NCBI GenBank assembly: GCA_965221775.1
Contig: CBDCSU010000006.1
Coordinates: 2,531,206-2,595,205, forward strand
Direction: 5' to 3'
Length of the DNA stretch: 64,000 bases
From: Candidatus Latescibacterota bacterium
GTDB lineage: Bacteria; Latescibacterota; UBA2968; UBA8231
The position numbers and the translations under genes were made by a program. Numbering within the stretch: position 1 is the first letter of the stretch; each line of letters opens with the position of its first letter. The notes beneath the pieces are model-generated. The model saw only the letters and a list, made by a program, of their open reading frames with translations, did not search any database and was not told the DNA's origin. Shown piece by piece: positions 18,820 to 27,807 of this stretch.

Positions 18820-20049
18820 GTGAGGCCCGTCATGTCGTGGTTTGGCCGAAGGTCGCCGTCGCGCGGCTCAACACCGGAGCACCGGCCAGGCCTCTCGACC
18901 GCCCTGGGCCTGGTGACGGACCTGGAGCCCCTTGCCGAGGGAGAGGTGGCCCGCGTTCGCAACGCTCTCGGCGCCCGGCGCGCGGCGCTGCTGCTGGCCG
19001 AGGAGGCGCGCGAGCCCTTCGCGCCGTTCTGTCACCGCGGCTGCGACGAGACCGCGCTGGTGGACCTGCGCTTCGGCCGCGACAGCCGACTGGTGAAGTG
19101 GCTGGTGGTGAACGAGGCCGCACTCGACCTGCTCAAGGCGCCGCAGGTTCGAGACTACCTCACAGATTCCGAGAACGCCCTCCTTCAGCGCCTGGGCATC
19201 GACGTGATCCATCCCGTCGTATCGATGAACCACCTCGTGGGTCTTCTCCTGTTGGGTGGGGTCCGTGTCTCTACGACCGAGCGCGAGGACCTTCTCCGCG
19301 ACCTGCTGCCCCTCTTCGGCCTGGCGCTGCACAACGCCCTGCTCCTGCGCCAGGGACGCCAGCGCGTGCGCGGTCTCTACCGGGCCGAGCGGCTGGCCAC
19401 GTTGGGCGAGCTGGCCGCCGGGGCGGCCCACGAGATCCGCAATCCTCTGACCAGCATCCGCAGCACGATCCAGTACCTGCGCCCGGACTTCGAGGAGGGC
19501 TCGGACAAGGCCGTCCTCGTCGACGACCTGCTCGCCGAGGTGGACCGCATCAACGGCACCATCGCCGGTCTCCTCTCCTTCGCGCGGCCGACGCCGCCGC
19601 ATTTCGAGGAGGTCGACGTGCTGTCGCTGCTGCGCCAGGTGGGCCGTCTGCTCGACAGCGCCGCCCGGTCTCAAGGGGTCGAGTTCGTCCTGCCGGAGGC
19701 GGAGGGGAAGGCGCGCGGCGATCCCGACCAGTTGAAGCAGGTCTTCCTCAACCTGTGTATGAACGCGCTGCAGGCCATGCCCGAGGGCGGTCGCCTCTCC
19801 CTCGGGGTGGTCCGCTCCGATCACACCCTCCGCGTCAGCGTGGAGGACACGGGCACCGGCATTCCCGCCGACGACCTTGAACTTGTCTTCGATCCGTTCT
19901 TCACCACCCGCGAGGAGGGCACCGGACTCGGCCTGGCCGTGTGCTACGGGATCGTCTCCCGGCACGACGGCCGCATCGACATCGAGAGCCGCCCCGGCGC
20001 CGGCACCACCGTGCACGTCCGCCTGCCCTCCGACGGGAGGGCGCGATGA
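18820..20049 (+). CDS. Sensor histidine kinase (GAF-like + HisKA + HATPase, no obvious TM)
   Basis: H-box AHEIRNPL, N-box QVFLNLCMNA, DTGTG, FDPFFTT and GTGLGL. Confidence 0.9.
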   Translation: MRPVMSWFGRRSPSRGSTPEHRPGLSTALGLVTDLEPLAEGEVARVRNALGARRAALLLAEEAREPFAPFCHRGCDETALVDLRFGRDSRLVKWLVVNEAALDLLKAPQVRDYLTDSENALLQRLGIDVIHPVVSMNHLVGLLLLGGVRVSTTEREDLLRDLLPLFGLALHNALLLRQGRQRVRGLYRAERLATLGELAAGAAHEIRNPLTSIRSTIQYLRPDFEEGSDKAVLVDDLLAEVDRINGTIAGLLSFARPTPPHFEEVDVLSLLRQVGRLLDSAARSQGVEFVLPEAEGKARGDPDQLKQVFLNLCMNALQAMPEGGRLSLGVVRSDHTLRVSVEDTGTGIPADDLELVFDPFFTTREEGTGLGLAVCYGIVSRHDGRIDIESRPGAGTTVHVRLPSDGRAR

Positions 20050-21401
20050 CCCGCGCTCCGGACCGCGTCCTCATCGTCGACGACGAGTCCCGCATCCGGA
20101 AGATCGTCACCCTCCTGCTGCGGGAAGAGGGGCTCGACCCGCGGTCGGTGGAGTCCGGGGAAGCCTGTCTGAAGGCCGTGGCGGAAGAGCCGCCGGACCT
20201 CGTGCTGATGGACCTCACCCTCCCGGGCAGGGACGGCCTCGAGACGATGGCCGGCCTGCGCGCCGGGGGATGGGACGGCGAGGTGGTGATGATGACCGCC
20301 TTCGGCAGCGTCGCCACGGCGGTGCGCGCCATCCAGGAGGGGGCCTTTCACTACCTGGAGAAACCGTTCGACAACGACGAGCTGCTCTCCCTGGTGCGCC
20401 GCGCCCTGGAGCGGCGCCGGCTGCGCGGAGAGGTCGCCGCCCTGCGCGAGCAACTGGACGAGCGCTACGCTCTCGACAATGTCGTCGGCATCAGCGGCCC
20501 GCTGCGGGCGGTCTGCGCCCAGGTGACGCGGGTGGCGCCGACGGAGGCCACGGTCCTGGTGGAGGGGGAGAGCGGCACCGGCAAGGAGCTGGTGGTGCGC
20601 GCCCTGCACAACCTCAGCCGGCGCCGGGAGGGTCCCTTCGTCGCCCTGAACTGCGCCGCCCTGCCCGCGAGCCTGGTGGAGAACGAGCTCTTCGGCCACG
20701 AGCAGGGCGCCTTCACCGACGCCCGCAGCCGCCACGAAGGCCGGTTCGAGCAGGCCGGCGGCGGCACCCTGTTCCTCGACGACGTGAGCGAGCTGCCCAC
20801 GGAGGTGCAGGCCAAGCTCCTGCGGGTGCTCCAGGAACGCGAGATCAGCCGCATCGGCGGCACCGCCGCCATCCCCGTGGACGTGCGCATCGTGGCGGCC
20901 ACCAACAGTGACCTGCAACAACAGGTAGAGGCAGGAGGATTCCGGGAAGACCTGTTCTACCGCCTGAATGTCGTCTCCCTGCGTCTGCCCCCATTGCGGG
21001 ACCGCCTCGAAGACCTGCCCCTGCTCGTGGAGCACTTCCTGCAAAAGGCCGGTTCGGAACTCGAGCGGCCCCTGGAAGGGGTCACCCCCGGAGCGATGGA
21101 CCTCCTGCGGTCCTACGCCTGGCCGGGCAACGTCCGCGAGTTGGAGAACGTCATCCGCGGCGCCGCCATCCTCTGCGGCGGCCAGCAGCTGGACGAGACG
21201 GACCTGCCGCCGCGCCTGCGGCGGCCGTCCGTGGCAACCCCCGCGGGCACCCTGGCCGAACGTCTGGCCGTGGTCGAGCGGCAGGCGATCGCCGAGGCCT
21301 TGGCCGAGGAGGACCACAACCGCACGCGCGCCGCCGCCCGGCTCGGAATCACGCGCAAGACGCTGCTGGCCAAGATCACCGCCTACGGGCTGGAGTCGTA
21401 G
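20046..21401 (+). CDS. NtrC-family sigma54-dependent response regulator
   Basis: Receiver LIVDDE, GESGTGKE, GAFTDA, FREDLFYRLNV, WPGNVREL and a Fis-type HTH. Confidence 0.95.
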   Translation: MTRAPDRVLIVDDESRIRKIVTLLLREEGLDPRSVESGEACLKAVAEEPPDLVLMDLTLPGRDGLETMAGLRAGGWDGEVVMMTAFGSVATAVRAIQEGAFHYLEKPFDNDELLSLVRRALERRRLRGEVAALREQLDERYALDNVVGISGPLRAVCAQVTRVAPTEATVLVEGESGTGKELVVRALHNLSRRREGPFVALNCAALPASLVENELFGHEQGAFTDARSRHEGRFEQAGGGTLFLDDVSELPTEVQAKLLRVLQEREISRIGGTAAIPVDVRIVAATNSDLQQQVEAGGFREDLFYRLNVVSLRLPPLRDRLEDLPLLVEHFLQKAGSELERPLEGVTPGAMDLLRSYAWPGNVRELENVIRGAAILCGGQQLDETDLPPRLRRPSVATPAGTLAERLAVVERQAIAEALAEEDHNRTRAAARLGITRKTLLAKITAYGLES

Positions 21402-21579
21402 CCGCCTCGATCGGTCCGATGGCGGGGCCGCCTTGTGTGTGAAAGCGGATCCGCAGCTCAGCGTTGCCAGGCACTGCGGCCGGACCTGTCGGACTCTATC
21501 GGACCAGATGAGCAGCTCAGGGAGGGCCTTGCTCGGAGCCGGTTGCGGTACAATCGCATATTGAGATATTCTTCCACAG

Positions 21580-21867
21580 ATGCACGTAATCTCGCGCAAA
21601 GCTCTCCGAGCGTTCTGGGCACAGCATCCCGACAGTGAGAAACCTCTGAGTCGCTGGTTCAAAATCATGCGGCAGACTCAGTTCAGGAGTTTCACGGCGT
21701 TGCGCCACACTTTTCCTTCGGCCGACAGGGTCGGCGAATTCGTCGTGTTCAACATCTCTGGCAACAAGTACCGGCTGATTGCATCGATTCACTTCAATCG
21801 CGGCAAAGTGTACATCCGTCATGTGCTTACACACCAAGCCTACGATCGCGGAGGATGGACAACATGA
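21580..21867 (+). CDS. higB: HigB-family mRNA interferase toxin
   Basis: MHVISRKALRAFW..HP...FPSADRV...VFNISGNKYRLI...VLTH..YD. Confidence 0.92.
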   Translation: MHVISRKALRAFWAQHPDSEKPLSRWFKIMRQTQFRSFTALRHTFPSADRVGEFVVFNISGNKYRLIASIHFNRGKVYIRHVLTHQAYDRGGWTT

Positions 21868-22262
21868 GTGTCATTACCCCACAGCTTCAGCGATCCTGGA
21901 CGCGAGTGAGTTCGTTACTCAAGATTCAGAACGAGCAGGAATACGACGAGGCTCTGGCGCGGCTCCACAGCCTGATCGATGAAGTGGGGACAGACGAGCA
22001 TCATCCGCTTTATTCTCTGCTCGATACGCTGGGCACCGTTGTCCAAGCTTGGGAAGAACAACATCATTCCATGCCCGACTTGGAGGGGGCGGATCCACTG
22101 CGGTTCCTCATGGAGGAGCATGAGTTGACCCAGTCAGATTTGCCGGAGGTGGGGTCCCAAGGAGTGGTTTCTGAGATTCTGGGCGGCAGGCGCGAGCTGA
22201 ACGTCCGGCAGATACGTGCTCTGTCCAAGCGGTTTGGCGTGTCACCTTCAGTGTTCCTATAG
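21864..22262 (+). CDS. higA: HigA antitoxin (XRE HTH)
   Basis: IQNEQEY and [39 protein letters not shown] overlap with higB. Confidence 0.92.
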   Translation: MSVITPQLQRSWTRVSSLLKIQNEQEYDEALARLHSLIDEVGTDEHHPLYSLLDTLGTVVQAWEEQHHSMPDLEGADPLRFLMEEHELTQSDLPEVGSQGVVSEILGGRRELNVRQIRALSKRFGVSPSVFL

Positions 22263-22294
22263 GGCAAGGCTCAGGTGAGGAGGAACCAAGTGCC

Positions 22295-22594
22295 ATGAAG
22301 AATCCGCCCCACCCCGGCAAGGCCGTGCGCGTGTCCTGCCTGGAGCCGCTGGGCCTCAGTGTCACCCAGGGAGCGAAGATCCTCGGTGTCAGTCGGCAGG
22401 CCCTCTCGAACCTGGTGAATGGTCACGCCCGCATATCCGGTGACATGGCTGTCCGCCTGGCAAAGGCCTTCGGCTCGACGACGGAGACCTGGATACGACT
22501 CCAGGCGGCCTACGATGTTGCGCAGGCGAAGGCTCGCGAAAAGGAGATAGAGGTGGAGCGCTACGAACCGAGCATGCTCGAGGCCGCCCGCTGA
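22295..22594 (+). CDS. higA: HigA/VapI addiction-module antidote, orphan
   Basis: MKNPPHPG...[25 protein letters not shown]...[10 protein letters not shown]...W.RLQAAYD. Confidence 0.88.
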   Translation: MKNPPHPGKAVRVSCLEPLGLSVTQGAKILGVSRQALSNLVNGHARISGDMAVRLAKAFGSTTETWIRLQAAYDVAQAKAREKEIEVERYEPSMLEAAR

Positions 22595-22656
22595 CAAAGG
22601 CGAGGCAGGTCTTCACGACGGTACATGGCCACGTGCCAGGAACGGAGCCGCCCATC

Positions 22657-22839
22657 ATGAATCCCGAGTACTGCCCGCGCTGCCGCGCCTCCCGCAACGT
22701 CTCCGTGTTGACCACGCGCCGGCGAGTGACGCTCCCCGGCGGAGGCGTCCGCCCCGTCCGCACCCGCAGCTATCACTGCTCCAGCTGCCGTCAGTTCATC
22801 CGCAGCGAGGAGGTGGAGGAAGGGGAGCCCGCCTCGTGA
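22657..22839 (+). CDS. Small zinc-ribbon protein
   Basis: CPRC...HCSSC in 60 aa. GTGA overlap with the downstream SDR. Confidence 0.65.
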   Translation: MNPEYCPRCRASRNVSVLTTRRRVTLPGGGVRPVRTRSYHCSSCRQFIRSEEVEEGEPAS

Positions 22840-23582
22840 GCGCCGCGGGACCGGGGGACCGGCCCCTCCACGGCAAGGTCGCCGTCGTCACCGGGGCCGG
22901 CCGCGGCATCGGACGGGCCATCGCCCTCGCCTACGCCGAGGCGGGCGCCGCGGTCTGCTGCACGGCCCGCACGCGGGAGCAGATCGAGGATACCGCAGAC
23001 CGTATCCGCGGCGCGGGCGGGACCGGGATCGCCGTGGCCGCCGATGTCACCGATCCCCGGGCCGTGGAGATGATGTTCGACACAGCGGCGGAGGCCCTGG
23101 GCGGAATCGACATCCTGGTGGCCAATGCCGGCGGCGTCCTCGAGTCGAAGCCGGTCACGGAGGGAGACCCCGCCCTCTGGGAGGCCACGGTGGCCGTGAA
23201 CCTCTTCGGCGCCTACCACTGCATCCGCGCCGCCATCCCCCACCTGAAGCGGCGCGGCGGCGGCAAGATCCTCACCCTGGGCTCGGGCATGGGCCACAAC
23301 GGCCTGGCCGGACACTCGGCCTACTGCTGCGCCAAGGCCGCCCTGTGGATGCTGACCCGGGTCAGCGCCCGCGAGCTGTGGGCCGACGGCATCAGCGTCA
23401 ACGAGCTGATCCCCGGGCCGGTGCTCACCGACGCAACCCGCGGCGGCGGCGCCGTCGCCGGTATCGACAGCGAGTGGGTGAAGTCCCCGGAGGATGTGGT
23501 GCCCCTGGCCCTGTTCCTGGCCACCCAGCCGGAGGTGGGGCCCACGGCGCAGAGCTTCAGCCTCATGCGCCGCGACGGCTGA
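22836..23582 (+). CDS. Short-chain dehydrogenase/reductase
   Basis: TGAGRGIG, ANAG, YCCAK and IPGPV.T. Confidence 0.92.
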   Translation: MSAAGPGDRPLHGKVAVVTGAGRGIGRAIALAYAEAGAAVCCTARTREQIEDTADRIRGAGGTGIAVAADVTDPRAVEMMFDTAAEALGGIDILVANAGGVLESKPVTEGDPALWEATVAVNLFGAYHCIRAAIPHLKRRGGGKILTLGSGMGHNGLAGHSAYCCAKAALWMLTRVSARELWADGISVNELIPGPVLTDATRGGGAVAGIDSEWVKSPEDVVPLALFLATQPEVGPTAQSFSLMRRDG

Positions 23583-23723
23583 CCTGCAAGCCTCGCAGGT
23601 CCGGTGGCGCGCCGGGGGCCGCAAACCCGCGGTCGCGGCGCCCCGAACCTGAATCTCTTTGGGCGTGGTCCCCGGGCGAGTGCGTTGCCGTCTCCCGGCG
23701 AGAAGCGCCGGCGGCGTCCAGGA

Positions 23724-25127
23724 TCAGAGGGGCGGCCGTTCCTGGCTCCAGGGGGCGAGCTGCTCGAAGGCCCGGGCGGCTCGCAGGACGGTGAGGTCCT
23801 GGCGCCAGCCGCCGATGATCTGCAGGCCCACGGGCAGACCGTCGACGAAGCCGCAGGGCACGGTGGCGGCCGGCAGGCCGGTGAGGTTCACCGGGTAGGT
23901 GAAGGCCGTCCAGCTCAGGTAGGTGGTCTCGCGGCCGGCGATCGAGCCCGGGTGGTCGCCGCCGGCGGCGAAGGCGGTCACCGGCAGGGTCGGTGTCAGC
24001 AGCAGGTCGCGGCTCTCGAAGAACTCCCGCCAGAGGTGGTAGTAAGGGTTGCGCTCCAGGTAGGCGGCGGCCACGTCGGTGCCGCGGAAGCGGAAGCCCT
24101 CCTCGATGACGGCCCGCAGGCCGGGGTCGAGGCGGTCGGCGATGTTGTCGAAGTCGTCGCGGAAGGTGGCGGCGAAGGCGGTGGACCACAGGGTGTGGAG
24201 GAGCCGCCAGGGGTCGTCGGTCTCCGGGTGCGCCTCCTCGAGGGTGCACCCGAGGTCCTGGAACCGTAGGGCCGCGGCCCTGGCGGTCTCGACGACCCGG
24301 GGGTCGACGGCGGCGTACCCGAGGTCCGAGGACCAGGCCGCGCGCAGCCCGTCCACCCCGCCCTCGATCTGGTCCAGCGCCACGGGCTCGGCCGGCATGG
24401 AGGTGCGGTCCCTCGCGTCGGGGCCGGCCATGGTCTGCAGCATGAGCACGGCGTCGCCCACGGTGCGCGTGATCGGCCCGGCGTGGGACAGGGTCTCCAC
24501 GACGCTGGCCGGGTGCTGGGGTACCCTCCCCCAGGAGGGCTTGAAGCCGAAGGCGCCGCAGAAGGCGGCGGGGATGCGGATCGAGCCGGCGCCGTCCGTG
24601 CCCTGGGCCAAGGGCCCCAGCCCCGCCGCCACCGCCGCCGCGGCGCCGCCGCTGGAGCCGCCGGGGGTGCGCCCGTGGCGCCAGGGGTTGTGGGTCGGTC
24701 CGCAGACGCGGTTGCCGGAGTCCCCCTTCCACCCCAGCTCCGGGGTGTTGGTCTTGCCGAGGAGGACCATGCCGGCGTCGCGCAGGCGTTCGGTGAGGGG
24801 CGCGTCGAAGTCGGGGACCCAGTCGGCGGTCAGCAGCGAGCCCCGGGTGGTGCGGATGCCCCGGGTCGCCGTCAGGTCCTTCAGGGAGCCGGGGATGCCT
24901 GACAGCGGCGGTATCTGATCGCCGCCGCCGGCGTACGCGGCCTCGGCGGCTCTCGCTTCGGCCATGGCGCGCTCGGGCGTGACCGTGACGAAGGCGTTGA
25001 GCCCGGCGTCGACAGCCTCGATGCGGCGCAGCGCTGCTTCGGCGACCTCCACCGGGGACAGCTGCCGGCGCCGGTAGAGCCGCCGCAGATCGAGGGCGGA
25101 GTGATAGCAGAGATCCGTGTCGTTCAT
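23724..25127 (-). CDS. Amidase signature family enzyme
   Basis: LKD, GKTNTPE, PGGSSGGAAAAVA, GTDGAGSIRIPA and GLPVGLQI. Confidence 0.93.
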   Translation of the reverse strand: MNDTDLCYHSALDLRRLYRRRQLSPVEVAEAALRRIEAVDAGLNAFVTVTPERAMAEARAAEAAYAGGGDQIPPLSGIPGSLKDLTATRGIRTTRGSLLTADWVPDFDAPLTERLRDAGMVLLGKTNTPELGWKGDSGNRVCGPTHNPWRHGRTPGGSSGGAAAAVAAGLGPLAQGTDGAGSIRIPAAFCGAFGFKPSWGRVPQHPASVVETLSHAGPITRTVGDAVLMLQTMAGPDARDRTSMPAEPVALDQIEGGVDGLRAAWSSDLGYAAVDPRVVETARAAALRFQDLGCTLEEAHPETDDPWRLLHTLWSTAFAATFRDDFDNIADRLDPGLRAVIEEGFRFRGTDVAAAYLERNPYYHLWREFFESRDLLLTPTLPVTAFAAGGDHPGSIAGRETTYLSWTAFTYPVNLTGLPAATVPCGFVDGLPVGLQIIGGWRQDLTVLRAARAFEQLAPWSQERPPL

Positions 25128-26116
25128 GTCAGCACTACCTCCCGACCGGTGCGGGACGACTCCAGGCAAGCCGTCATGACCTCCACCAGGTGGCGGGAGT
25201 ACTCGGCGGTCACCGGTGGCTCCGTCCCCGCGTCGATGGCCTCCACGAAGGCCTGCAGCTGACGCGCCGTGGTGTCGTGGTCCTCGCTGACCGTCACCTG
25301 CTCCCAGTTGCCCTCTCTTCCCACGAAGACGTCCTCCCGTCCGGACTGGATGCCCTTGCGCAACTGGATCATCCCGTCCGTGCATACGAACTCGGTGCTG
25401 AAGCGGGTGCCGCCCGTCCTCCACCACACGTGGATGAGGGTGGCGTGGACCCCGTTCTCGAACTGCAGCAGGGCCATGGCCACGTCGTCGGCGGAGAACT
25501 CGAAGAAGCGGCTGTCCACCAGGGCCTTGACGGCGGCGACGCGGCTGCCCGTCCACCAGCAGGAGCGGTCGATGAGGTGGATGCCGTTCTGGTACCACAG
25601 TCCGCCGTAGGTGGCCTTGTCGAGATACCAGGCCCGCCTCTCGGGCTTGAAGGGCCGGTAGGCCTCGTCGCAGAGGCAGACCAGATCGCCCAGGCTGCCT
25701 TCGACCAGGAGCTTCTTCACGGCCCGGTTCTGGGGCGAGAAGTGGTGCATGTGGCCCACCGTGAGCTGCCGGCCCGAGCGGCGGGCGGCGTCGATCATGG
25801 TGTCGCACTGCTCGACGTCGACGGCCATCGGTTTCTCCACGAGCACGTGCTTGCCCGCCTCCAGGGCGGCCACGGCGGCCTCGCAGTGCAGGCCGTGGGG
25901 CAGGCAGACGATGGCCACGTCGACCCGGTCGTCGGCGAGCAGCTCCTGGTACGTGGAATAGCCGCGGCAGCCGTGTTCCGCGGAGACGCGGTCCCGGGCC
26001 TCCGCGCGGGTGTCGGCCACGGCCCGCACCTGCGTAGATTCAAGGGCCGCCGCCGCCCGCAAGTGCGCCCCGGCGACGCTGCCCGCTCCGATGATCCCGA
26101 TGCCGTGCATGCGCAT
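25124..26116 (-). CDS. Gfo/Idh/MocA oxidoreductase
   Basis: GIIGAG, GKHVLVEKP and GIHLID. Confidence 0.9.
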   Translation of the reverse strand: MRMHGIGIIGAGSVAGAHLRAAAALESTQVRAVADTRAEARDRVSAEHGCRGYSTYQELLADDRVDVAIVCLPHGLHCEAAVAALEAGKHVLVEKPMAVDVEQCDTMIDAARRSGRQLTVGHMHHFSPQNRAVKKLLVEGSLGDLVCLCDEAYRPFKPERRAWYLDKATYGGLWYQNGIHLIDRSCWWTGSRVAAVKALVDSRFFEFSADDVAMALLQFENGVHATLIHVWWRTGGTRFSTEFVCTDGMIQLRKGIQSGREDVFVGREGNWEQVTVSEDHDTTARQLQAFVEAIDAGTEPPVTAEYSRHLVEVMTACLESSRTGREVVLT

Positions 26117-26184
26117 GCCTCGAATGCTAACGACGCCCTCCCCCGTGCCTCAAGCTCGCCACGCGGCGGCCGGCCCGAGCTGAC

Positions 26185-26391
26185 ATGCCGCGCCTCGACG
26201 CCACGGCCCTGCAGAGGGTGATGCTGCGCCGGAACTTCCTCTTCAAGCACCAGCTGGCCAACCAGGTCGGCATCAGCTACGACCGTCTGACGGCGATCCT
26301 CGTCGGCGGCGAGACCGAGGTGGAGGAGGAGATCGTCGCCCGTCTGTGCGCCGGACTGGACTGCGAGGCTTCGGAGATCCTGGTGAAATGA
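26185..26391 (+). CDS. Small XRE/Cro-C1 HTH protein
   Basis: LQRVM...LANQVGIS...L..I...IVARLCAGLDCEASEIL. Confidence 0.7.
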   Translation: MPRLDATALQRVMLRRNFLFKHQLANQVGISYDRLTAILVGGETEVEEEIVARLCAGLDCEASEILVK

Positions 26392-26471
26392 GGGGACGCG
26401 CGGCGAAGGGCATCTCTCGAGGGGGCCCGGCCAGGACTGGCCGGCGGCGAAGCGCGTCGCCGGAGAGCCGG

Positions 26472-27698
26472 ATGAGCTCCAAGGCCAGGGCCGACAGCGG
26501 CCGGCTGCGCGCCGCCTGGGGCGATCCCGTCGACGAAGGCGCCGTGCGCCAGATCCACGCCTGCATGGCCGACGGCACGGGCGCCGTGGGCGGTGTCCTG
26601 ATGGCAGACCATCACCTCGGGTACTCCATGCCGGTGGGCGGAGTCGTCGCCTACGAGGACCGCATCTCGCCCTCGGGCGTGGGCTACGACATCGCCTGCG
26701 GAAACAAGGCGGTGCGCGTCGGCCTCACCGCCGCCGAGGTGCGGCCGCGGATCGCGGAGCTGATGGACGAGATCTGGGAGACCATCTCCTTCGGCATCGG
26801 CCGCAGGAACAAGGAGCCGGTGGAACATCCCCTCTTCGACGACGATCCCGCCTGGAGCATCGACGTGGCGGCGGGCCAACGCAGCCTGGCCCGGGGACAG
26901 CTCGGCACCGTGGGCGCCGGCAACCACTACGTCGACGTCTTCGCCGACGAGGAGGACCGCATCTGGGTCGGCGTCCACTTCGGCTCCCGCGGCCTCGGCC
27001 ACCGGCTGGCCACGCACTTCATGCGCCTCGGGGGCGGGTCCGACGACTTCCACGCGCCTCCCGTGCTCTTCGCCGTGGACTCCCGGGCGGGGGAGGAGTA
27101 CCGCGCCTGCATGGAGCTCGCCGGCCGCTACGCCTACGCCGGCCGCGACTGGGTCTGCGAGCGCGTCTGCGGGATCCTCGGATCGCCGGCCCTGGAGGAG
27201 GTCCACAACCACCACAACTTCGCCTGGCTCGAGGAGCACGAAGGCCGCAAGGTCTGGGTCGTGCGCAAGGGCGCGACGCCCGCCTTCCCCGGGCAGCGGG
27301 GCTTCATCGGCGGCTCCATGGGCGACGTCTCCGTCATCGTGGAGGGGGTCGACACCGAGGAAGCGGCCAGGGGCTACCGCTCCACCGTGCACGGCGCCGG
27401 CCGCGTCATGTCGCGCACGGCCGCCGCCGGACGCGTGCGCTGGAAGAAGGGGAAGGGGGGCCGCAAGAGGCCCGTGGTCGTCAAGGAGGGCCGGATCAGC
27501 CGCCGCATGATGGAGGACTGGGTCCGCGACTGGGGCGTGGAACTGCGCGGCGCCGGCACCGACGAGTCGCCCCACTGCTACAAGCGGCTGCCGGAGGTGC
27601 TGGAGCACCACGCCGGCTCGATCCGGGTGCTGCACACGCTCAAGCCCCTGGGCGTGGCCATGGCCGGTCCCGAGACCCACGACCCGTACCGGGACTAG
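26472..27698 (+). CDS. rtcB: RtcB RNA 2',3'-cyclic/3'-phosphate ligase
   Basis: MADHHLGYSMPVGGV, GVGYDIACG, LGTVGAGNHY, VHFGSRGLG, HNHHN, RKGATPA, GSMG, HGAGRVMSR and DESPHCYK. Confidence 0.95.
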   Translation: MSSKARADSGRLRAAWGDPVDEGAVRQIHACMADGTGAVGGVLMADHHLGYSMPVGGVVAYEDRISPSGVGYDIACGNKAVRVGLTAAEVRPRIAELMDEIWETISFGIGRRNKEPVEHPLFDDDPAWSIDVAAGQRSLARGQLGTVGAGNHYVDVFADEEDRIWVGVHFGSRGLGHRLATHFMRLGGGSDDFHAPPVLFAVDSRAGEEYRACMELAGRYAYAGRDWVCERVCGILGSPALEEVHNHHNFAWLEEHEGRKVWVVRKGATPAFPGQRGFIGGSMGDVSVIVEGVDTEEAARGYRSTVHGAGRVMSRTAAAGRVRWKKGKGGRKRPVVVKEGRISRRMMEDWVRDWGVELRGAGTDESPHCYKRLPEVLEHHAGSIRVLHTLKPLGVAMAGPETHDPYRD

Positions 27699-27807
27699 CC
27701 TCCAGGCCAGTGTGGTGACGCCCCGGCCGAGCGCCGTGCTGCGACCCCCCGGGCGGTTGCGGGACCGCCGTCCCACGTAACCGCAGCGCACGCCCGACTG
27801 GCGCAAC

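Noticed and set aside
23724-25127. gatA
   Set aside because: No gatB or gatC adjacent, and the sequence fits generic amidases.
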